A DNA stretch of 64,000 nucleotides from positions 416,001 through 480,000 of the forward strand of contig CAXRHT010000002.1 of NCBI GenBank assembly GCA_964230645.1, written 5' to 3'. The translations under genes were made by a program, and so were the position numbers. The notes under the pieces are model-generated. The model was not told the origin of the DNA. It saw only the letters and a program-made list of their open reading frames with translations, and searched no databases. Within the stretch, counting starts at the first letter, position 1. Each line of letters opens with the position of its first letter. Of this stretch, positions 53,401 through 59,665 are shown in pieces. This stretch comes from Bdellovibrionales bacterium. GTDB lineage: Bacteria; Bdellovibrionota; Bdellovibrionia; Bdellovibrionales; JAGQZY01.

Positions 53401-53562
53401 ACCGGGGAAGTAAGTGTAGATAGTAACCACATCGTACTGAACATTGGGAAACACCTCTTTTTTGATCGTGATCATGGAATAAAGTCCAATACCGATAACA
53501 AGAAATGTGAGAAGTTCCGAAAAAAGCCCCTGTCTGGCGAAAAAAGCAATCAGCCTATTCAA
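50425..53562 (-). CDS. RND-family efflux transporter (AcrB-like)
   Basis: 1045 aa with GMLVDDAVVVTEN, VNNSIVFVD and RLRPIVLTT. Confidence 0.95.
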   Translation of the reverse strand: MNRLIAFFARQGLFSELLTFLVIGIGLYSMITIKKEVFPNVQYDVVTIYTYFPGSAPSEVEKLITNPLEQDLKEVDGIKKMFSTSIEGLSVIVIQLDPDQTTQEEAKTDVQEVVDRFDELPEQAEDPEVTALESKIVPIVEVTMSGGKDPFALKEAARYVETEIEKVKGVARVDVRGEREYEIRVEISAKNLQRYQISLMEVVQALREQNVSIPGGTFTQITKGIEQDVILRTDGQFENVEDVEKTVIRSNDLGRSIVLGDVANVFMGLKEEQLAHRVNGEESIRLVVMKKENADAIDMIDTVKSLLPGSEVSLSSRAEKLNPEKIKNIDFEVVNDMSMLIRRRLGVLSNNLLVGLVLVVVVLSLFLPWKVSLVTAIGIPFSFLGTMTFFQVQDISLNLITMMGLIIVIGMLVDDAVVVTENAVREMEEGANPMQGAINSTQRIWNAIFASVMTTALAFFPMTIMTGIFGKFVSYIPLGVICALMISLIECYFVLPYHIGRWVTLKDVEKPERGFKAAFDRFWTRVIDLYGSLLKVITRFRYLALLGFVALIVGSIFNVSKNMKVVLFPPEGIDQFIIKAKAPIGTSLEQTTDLVKPLEKMILDLPEVELKNFVTTIGEMRQREDQPSERGSHLAMLKVYLTAETERSRTAAEIIEALRSGMEETENLEVFFERINPGPPVGAPINIGVRGENYDEIMELVDVIEKDLKAMEGTKDITNNFSEGKDQVIVRVKSDEARSVGLNAQTVGMTVMAAYEGIEATSIQDLNDEIDIRVSLPEAEKKEGTKLSELKILNPFGQLIRLDAIADFESEKGIESFSHMNNERQVTITGDVNIDKISATEVSNRIREKQDTYLKGRPNLSLAFGGEDEDTKESLDSLFRAFILALVLIYFLLILTFQSFVWPLIIILVIPIGVISVSWALFLHGEPLSFMGMLGVVALAGVIVNNSIVFVDFVIFERKKGADFFESIVTAGQKRLRPIVLTTLTTVCGILPTAYGIGGLDPFVVPIALALGWGMLIGSVLSSFFLPAFVAIFDDIRGRKREAGT

Positions 53563-55111
53563 ATGAGGCCTCCTTTAGACGACTTTGAATATGAGGAGAG
53601 AGTTTATCAAAAAGCTCTCCAGCAAAGCGTTGCACCTGCCAGGCCAGTTGCCTGACTTCGATCGACTTCTGTTGGCTTTGAAATTCCCAAAGTCCTAAAT
53701 CGTCCTCTGCGGTCACCAGTTGATTCACTCCAATTCTCCCTAAGCGAAACCGACGATCCTCCGCTCCTGCTCTTCTTTTCTGTTCTTTGACAACCTTAAG
53801 ATAAAGTTTCTCATTAGCGACTTCAGCCTCTAGTTGTCGGCAAGCACTGCGCCACTGGGTTTTCAACTCATCCACCGCCAAGGCCAAGCGAACTTGAGTT
53901 TTTTCTTTTTCAACATATTGCTGGGCCCTTTGGGCACGGGCGGCTGAATTATTAAGAGGGAATTTCAATTGCACACCCACATTCCATGAGGGACCTAGTC
54001 CGATGCCGTTCTCATCGCGCCCATCGAGAACATCCTCCACAGTTTGCGCAGCACTTCCATCAATGGCATTGCCTCGGTAGCCCGCAACGAGTTTTAAGTC
54101 GGGAAGAGACTCATTTTTAGCCGCCTTGTAATCCGATTTTAAACTCTCAAGTCTTTTCTCAAGCGCATGGATCTGGGCTGTTTTAGTGGGCTCTGACAAT
54201 TGACCACAGAGTCTCAGTCCTGTCGGCACCGGATTGTCGATAGCCGTGGGCACTTCCATGGGGTCAATACCGAGAAATGTTCTTGGAAGCTTAAGCCCAA
54301 TAACAAGTTGCTCCCACTGCTCGGCTAAGCGCGTGCGCACTTGCGAGAGTCGGGTTTTGTTTGAGGCCAAAAGCGCTTCGACTTGAATTAAATCAGGGGC
54401 CTCCACCGCTCCTTTTTTTGAACGATTGGTTAAAACTCTCACCAGTCTTTTTTGCCGTTTTATCTGCGCTTCGACACTCTCCACCTGCTGCTGCAAAAGC
54501 CAGGCGTTATAAAACTGCGAAATAAACTGCATGGTTGTGGATTCAAAAGAATCTCTTGTCGACCACTCAATAGCATCGGCTCTTAGTCTTGCAGCCTCTC
54601 TCCTTTGCCTAAAGGCATAACCAAAACTATCTCGGAGAAGATCCTGTTCTAGGTTTACCACAGCCACAGTCTGTTTGTAGTTGGTGATAAAGGCATTACC
54701 AAACTGACCAAGATTGGAAAACTCAAGATCATTCATCTCATGGGCCCAACTGAGTGATGTGGTCGTTCCAGTCGACCAGCCCTTTTCAAGACCGAGGTTC
54801 CATTGGTTGGTCTGAGCTCTTACCGGCTGAAAGGGATTGGTTTTTGCTGAATTGTCGTCATTGTAGGACCAACCTCCCAATAAATAGAGATCCGTCTGCG
54901 GATCAATTTGTCCAAGTTCTTCAAGACCCGCTGTCGCATAGTCTAAACCAATCATTCGATAAGCATCCGCATTTAAAAGAGCCACCTTCATCACATAAGG
55001 AAGAGTGAGCTTTTTATCGGGGATTTCATTAAGATACGATTTGGCTTCGGGCGGGAGTGAGGCTGCCAAAGATAAAGGTAGGCAGAGTGTCAGCAAAAAA
55101 ATCCACTTCAT
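53555..55111 (-). CDS. TolC-family outer-membrane efflux protein
   Basis: Signal peptide, helical OEP repeats, SLPDLKL and RFRLGRI. Overlaps the RND start. Confidence 0.85.
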   Translation of the reverse strand: MKWIFLLTLCLPLSLAASLPPEAKSYLNEIPDKKLTLPYVMKVALLNADAYRMIGLDYATAGLEELGQIDPQTDLYLLGGWSYNDDNSAKTNPFQPVRAQTNQWNLGLEKGWSTGTTTSLSWAHEMNDLEFSNLGQFGNAFITNYKQTVAVVNLEQDLLRDSFGYAFRQRREAARLRADAIEWSTRDSFESTTMQFISQFYNAWLLQQQVESVEAQIKRQKRLVRVLTNRSKKGAVEAPDLIQVEALLASNKTRLSQVRTRLAEQWEQLVIGLKLPRTFLGIDPMEVPTAIDNPVPTGLRLCGQLSEPTKTAQIHALEKRLESLKSDYKAAKNESLPDLKLVAGYRGNAIDGSAAQTVEDVLDGRDENGIGLGPSWNVGVQLKFPLNNSAARAQRAQQYVEKEKTQVRLALAVDELKTQWRSACRQLEAEVANEKLYLKVVKEQKRRAGAEDRRFRLGRIGVNQLVTAEDDLGLWEFQSQQKSIEVRQLAWQVQRFAGELFDKLSPHIQSRLKEASFE

Positions 55112-55226
55112 AGTGAACAGAGGCTACAGAGAGCCCGATTAGAAGTCAATTAAAGGAGAAGACCTTTTTGCGCCCGAACTTAAAAATAATGGACAAAGTC
55201 TGTGACCAGCATTTAGGGTGTTAGCT

Positions 55227-56129
55227 ATGAGTTATATTGCTGCTATTGATATCGGTTCCAACGCGATCCGTTTAGCCATTGCCCATGTCACAAAAACCGG
55301 AGTGCATGTCTCCTATCGCTCCAGAGAGCCTGTCAGGCTTGGAAGCAGTGTTTTCAGCACAGGAGCTATTGATGAAAAAGTCTCAGAAAATTTAGCCAAA
55401 GCTCTTGGCAAATTCAAGAATCAGCTGGAAAATCACAACGTCAAAGAGTTTCGAGCCATTGCCACCAGCGCAATGCGTGAGGCCACAAATGGTCAAGATG
55501 TTGTTAAATTTCTTGAGGAAAAAACGGGCATAAAGGTGGAAGTGATCTCCGGAGAGGAAGAGGCAAGGCTTGTCTCAACCGCGATCGCGCAACGGATGGA
55601 CCTCTCCCAGGGCAAATACCTTTTTATTGATATCGGCGGCGGTAGCATCGAATTGGTCGCTGAATGCGATGGCGAAATCCTCAAAAAAGAAAGTTTCACC
55701 ATGGGAATGGTACGAGTGCTCGAGCTTCATAAAAAGAAAGAGGACCTCCTTCCCCAGTGGTTGCCTGAGTTTATTAAAGAAACTGTGGGAGATTTCTTTG
55801 TCGGACTTCCCGTGCTTGATGCCTCGGTGGGAACAGGCGGCAATATGGACCGTTTTATTAAACTTAAAAGTCATGTTGCTAGTCACCAGGGCGATTTTCT
55901 TCACGCTCAGGACATGGAGAAACTTTATGAGAAGCTCGTCGAAGTGGATTACAATGAAAGAATCCGCCGATTTGCGCTCAAACCCGATCGAGCCGATGTG
56001 ATTGTGCCTGCAGCTATTGCAACCATTGAACTTATGAAAATGGCTCAATCGGAGAAGATCTATTTCCCGCAAGTGGGAATTAAAGATGGAGTTCTTTTCG
56101 ACTTGGCCAAACAGCTCAACAAAGCATGA
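55227..56129 (+). CDS. ppx: Ppx/GppA exopolyphosphatase (short form, no HD domain)
   Basis: IDIGSNAIRL, ATSAMREA, SGEEEA, DIGGGSIE and RADVI. Confidence 0.9.
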   Translation: MSYIAAIDIGSNAIRLAIAHVTKTGVHVSYRSREPVRLGSSVFSTGAIDEKVSENLAKALGKFKNQLENHNVKEFRAIATSAMREATNGQDVVKFLEEKTGIKVEVISGEEEARLVSTAIAQRMDLSQGKYLFIDIGGGSIELVAECDGEILKKESFTMGMVRVLELHKKKEDLLPQWLPEFIKETVGDFFVGLPVLDASVGTGGNMDRFIKLKSHVASHQGDFLHAQDMEKLYEKLVEVDYNERIRRFALKPDRADVIVPAAIATIELMKMAQSEKIYFPQVGIKDGVLFDLAKQLNKA

Positions 56130-57559
56130 ATAGAAAACAGGGCCTAGTTTTATTATTTGTTGCCCTCATCAATTGCCAATGCGCATCGATCACCGATCGA
56201 CACCAATACATCCGGATTGTACCACCTGATCAACACACTGAAGTCTATTTCGACGATCAAAAAGTTACAAAAGGAGAGCCACACACCCTACGCTTCACCC
56301 GGGAGTCAGAACCAAAACTACGACTTGTAAGAGGACAGAAAGAAGTCAAAAAAAAGTTGTCGACTTCTTATCGCTGGGGACAATCTTTTGCCGGTAATGC
56401 TCTAATGTTCACCTACGCTCCCATCGGCTGGCTCGTTGATTGGATCACGGGAGCCGCTTGGGAGTCTGAAGAGTTTCTCAACAAAGAAAAACATTTTCCT
56501 CTCAACTCCCAGTCTCAAATTTTTATCTTTCCTCCCACAGGAGTCACTAGTCTTGACTCCCAACAAATGGGCCAGGAGCTTTATGAGTGGTTTTTAAAAA
56601 AATATCCCCACTCCAAAATTATCAGCTACGAAAAGTCTTACTACAAAGCCTTGTCTTTTGGTTTCGATCACCAATCTCTTGTTGACAAAAAAGACCGCGA
56701 TGTCGGCTCTTACGCTGAATTGATTCACGACACAAACGCCACTCATTTAGCTTTAAGCCGCTATGACGAAACCACCAACAGCCTTGAGATCGAAATTATC
56801 AGCCCTTATTCAGAGAGAAAGATAGCCAGTCATAATATCGCGACCATAAAACCGGAATCAAAAGACAGCACTTGGAATTGGGTGGTTTCTGAATTCTTCG
56901 AGCTTCTCCCTAATACTGTGTCGCTGGGGAGTATTCAAACCAACATCTACGGCTGCGCTCGGCAGGTTAGTACCAATATTGACCGCTACTGCGCTAAGGC
57001 TCGAACAGGCTCGCCTTTTGAGTTTATTTCAGCAATTAACTTCACCAATGTTCTGCACTTTAGAAAAAGAGAAACCTGGGGCCTGTACCTGCGGTTTTTT
57101 CCTGATTTCAATCTGGCTTATAACGATGTGGAGTTTTCGGAGATCGATCAAAGCTTAGAAGATCTTTATCTCGATTGGGCCTACATAAGTTTGGGCTACG
57201 GTCCTCGCTTAAGCTTTATTATTCCCATAGGCGAGCTTTTTGCGGAAATGACTCCCTTTTACGCCGCCAATTACCTTCGCCTTCATTCAAACAGTATGGA
57301 TCAAACGCAATACAAAGGAAAGTTTGGAGTTTCCATTCAAATGGGCCTTAATTCCTGGCTTTCTAACCGCTGGAATTTGCGTTTTTTCGTAAAGGGCTCG
57401 AATCAAAATATTTTAGAAAACCAGGCTCTGGATCAAATTGATGCGGGCACACAGTTTGATCGCGGCATTGCTATTCTGCAAACAGGCCTCTCTATTGGCT
57501 ATTATTTCTCCTCAGAAAAAGCCTATATAACCGACGCCTTTTTACAATCTGAAAACTAG
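56126..57559 (+). CDS. Hypothetical exported protein with C-terminal beta-barrel-like region
   Basis: Signal-like N-terminus, GWLVDWITGA motif and terminal GLSIGYYF. Start overlaps the ppx stop. Confidence 0.65.
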   Translation: MNRKQGLVLLFVALINCQCASITDRHQYIRIVPPDQHTEVYFDDQKVTKGEPHTLRFTRESEPKLRLVRGQKEVKKKLSTSYRWGQSFAGNALMFTYAPIGWLVDWITGAAWESEEFLNKEKHFPLNSQSQIFIFPPTGVTSLDSQQMGQELYEWFLKKYPHSKIISYEKSYYKALSFGFDHQSLVDKKDRDVGSYAELIHDTNATHLALSRYDETTNSLEIEIISPYSERKIASHNIATIKPESKDSTWNWVVSEFFELLPNTVSLGSIQTNIYGCARQVSTNIDRYCAKARTGSPFEFISAINFTNVLHFRKRETWGLYLRFFPDFNLAYNDVEFSEIDQSLEDLYLDWAYISLGYGPRLSFIIPIGELFAEMTPFYAANYLRLHSNSMDQTQYKGKFGVSIQMGLNSWLSNRWNLRFFVKGSNQNILENQALDQIDAGTQFDRGIAILQTGLSIGYYFSSEKAYITDAFLQSEN

Positions 57560-57566
57560 ATTTGGG

Positions 57567-58235
57567 CTAAATCTTATTGTCGACTCCAATAAGGGGGATG
57601 CTTTCAGTCTCACGATCCGGCTTTGCATAAGAAAGCCTAGAGAGGCGCCCTCCCCTGTGGTAGCTGTCCAGTCCTGAAACGACTAAACTTCCCGCTGCCT
57701 CAATATCAAGGTAGCCATCGGGCTGCACAGACGACTCTGGTACGAAAAACTTTTCGATTTCTCCCACAATAATCTTGGTTTTATTCAGAGGTACATCCAT
57801 CACCTCTCTGAGTTTAAGTCCTAACTGAACTTGCGATTCCGCCACAAAAGGCGCTGGGAAATTCTTCCAGGACTCCGTTAAGCCTGTTTTTTCAAATTCA
57901 CTCTCCTCGCGATCATAGCGAGCACTACACTGATGCGCTTTTTTATAAAAGCTTTCTTGGACATGGTTGATGGTGAAGTAAGGATTCTCCTCCAAGTTCA
58001 TAAATGTGTGCCGGGGTGACTGCGTGGAATGAGGCCTCAGCACAAATCCCATCAGTGGAGGATGAGCCCCTAAATGGAAACAAGAACTGATCATAGCAAG
58101 ATTTGTCCTTTCTTTACTGTCACAGGTGCCAACAAGATTGGCTGACTTGTAGCCAGAGAGACTGTTGATTAACTTGACCCAGTAGCGCTTGGGGAACTTA
58201 TTGGAATCGTTTTTTGTAAACTCTTGCATGCTCAT
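57567..58235 (-). CDS. Flavin reductase family protein
   Basis: INSLSGYKSANLVGT, NLA..SS, HLGAHPP, HT..N and SGLDSYH. Confidence 0.88.
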   Translation of the reverse strand: MSMQEFTKNDSNKFPKRYWVKLINSLSGYKSANLVGTCDSKERTNLAMISSCFHLGAHPPLMGFVLRPHSTQSPRHTFMNLEENPYFTINHVQESFYKKAHQCSARYDREESEFEKTGLTESWKNFPAPFVAESQVQLGLKLREVMDVPLNKTKIIVGEIEKFFVPESSVQPDGYLDIEAAGSLVVSGLDSYHRGGRLSRLSYAKPDRETESIPLIGVDNKI

Positions 58236-58276
58236 TTCACTTCTCCTTTTTTAAGCCTTAGTCCGCTGCCCTACCA

Positions 58277-58481
58277 AATATCGTCCTGAGTTTTATAATG
58301 TCGTTTTGAGTGTCCCAATGTCCTCTTGAGTTTCATGATGTCGTCTTGAGCACCCAAATGTCGTCTTGAGCGAAGCGAAAGACCTAAGATCCTTCGCTCC
58401 GCTCAGGATGACATTTTGTCGCTTCACTCAGGATGACATTTCGTCGCTTCACTCAGAATGACATTTTTTCGCTTCGCTCAG
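58277..58481. repeat. REPIN with tandem arrays at both ends (REP locus 3)
   Basis: Five 20-bp-period units of the AATGTCGTCTTGAG-N6 type, a 55-bp core at 58359-58413, then two 25-bp units and a partial third. Confidence 0.93.
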
Positions 58482-58497
58482 CAAGCCCCCACACAGT

Positions 58498-58860
58498 CTA
58501 GCGAATAGCAGCGATCCTTATCGGTCCCTTAAACCTCATGGACTTTACTCTTTGCCCGTTTTGTAAAATCTCAATTTGTCCTTTCAGGCAGAGCCTACGA
58601 CAGGCTTTCACCACTCTTTGATGATTCTCTTTCCAATTATCACCAAAGTGTTTTCGAGAAAATTGTGAGGGACAGTAGTTCTTACCCCTATCTAGTGACT
58701 CAACTAAAAAGTTTTCTAAAGATCTATCTTTTTTATTCAGCTTCTGACTCGAACATTTCTTGCTACAATACCTAACCTCTTCATTTTTTGTATTCCTCTT
58801 ATCGTTATCCATTGGGAGACCGCAAGACTGGCAATGCTGGTTTTCACTTTCTAGGTTCAT
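58498..58860 (-). CDS. DUF2256 + DUF3253 fusion protein
   Basis: CQSCGLPM...VRYCSKKC (DUF2256-like) fused to CPSQ...W...ACRRL..KGQIEILQNG...KGPIRI (DUF3253-like). Confidence 0.8.
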   Translation of the reverse strand: MNLESENQHCQSCGLPMDNDKRNTKNEEVRYCSKKCSSQKLNKKDRSLENFLVESLDRGKNYCPSQFSRKHFGDNWKENHQRVVKACRRLCLKGQIEILQNGQRVKSMRFKGPIRIAAIR

Positions 58861-58924
58861 GGTTTCAAAGAAACACCCTCTTTCTCATTTGAGAACTATA
58901 ATTTTGTGTAAAATATTACATACA

Positions 58925-58951
58925 TTTTAGTTCAAACATTCTTGAACTTTT
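58925..58951. promoter_or_regulatory. Palindromic operator TTTT-W-GTTCAA-N6-TTGAAC-TTTT (copy 2)
   Basis: ttttaGTTCAAacattcTTGAACtttt lies in the divergent gap between the DUF2256/3253 and DoxX genes. Matches 3310-3336. Confidence 0.7.
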
Positions 58952-58996
58952 ATCAGGAGCCAGATATCCTGGCAATAACTCTTAGGGAGGTTCACC

Positions 58997-59440
58997 ATGG
59001 ATGGACTGGTTTCAATCGTATTAGTTATCGTTTCGCTGGGCTTACTGAATGTTTGGCTTTTGCGCTCTTCGCGAAGCACCTCGTTTCGGGGCAATAACGC
59101 CAGCGACTTGAAATCAGAGTTTCAGGCCTATGGTCTTCCTCTCTGGGCCTTTTATGTTGTTGGATTTCTCAAGGTGAGTATCGCCTTTAGTCTTCTTATT
59201 GGTTTCTACTTTAATTTCCTCATTGCTCCGAGTGCTGCTCTTCTAGCTGTACTAATGATGGGGGCGGTTTTGGCGCACATTCTCGTATCGGATCCTATTC
59301 ATCGATTTGTCCCCGCCCTCATCATGCTGTTGTTTGCGATTTTCTTAAGTTTCCAGGCTGATCCCAACGTCGTCGAAGTGGCTAAAGACCTAAATTTTTT
59401 ACAAGTCACTGAAAACCTACAGGTTAAAGCATCGAAATAG
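58997..59440 (+). CDS. DoxX-family membrane protein
   Basis: NVWLLR...FRG.NA..LK.EF.AYGLP and LMMGAVLAH....DP. GGAGG RBS. Confidence 0.85.
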   Translation: MDGLVSIVLVIVSLGLLNVWLLRSSRSTSFRGNNASDLKSEFQAYGLPLWAFYVVGFLKVSIAFSLLIGFYFNFLIAPSAALLAVLMMGAVLAHILVSDPIHRFVPALIMLLFAIFLSFQADPNVVEVAKDLNFLQVTENLQVKASK

Positions 59441-59449
59441 GGGGGCTTT

Positions 59450-59665
59450 ATGAATTATCTTTTCATCGCAACTTTTATTCTCGCTCTATCGAGCCTTTTC
59501 TACACCCTCAACAAAATCATTCACATGGTGAAAGATGACCTCATCGCCCGCCAAGAAAAAGAAAAATTAGAAATGGCCGAACGCTTCCCTTTTGACAAAG
59601 TTCAGAAGCAAGGGAAGAGCAAACTTATCCGCAAATGGTATGATGAAGAAATCACAAAAATTTAA
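59450..59665 (+). CDS. Small hypothetical protein with N-terminal TM helix
   Basis: GGGGG RBS. Directly follows DoxX, and its stop overlaps the ppk1 stop. Confidence 0.55.
   Translation: MNYLFIATFILALSSLFYTLNKIIHMVKDDLIARQEKEKLEMAERFPFDKVQKQGKSKLIRKWYDEEITKI

Noticed and set aside
58277..58370. Mini-CRISPR with variable spacers
   Set aside because: The variable parts are only 6 nt and related to each other, and the constant part is the REP terminus.
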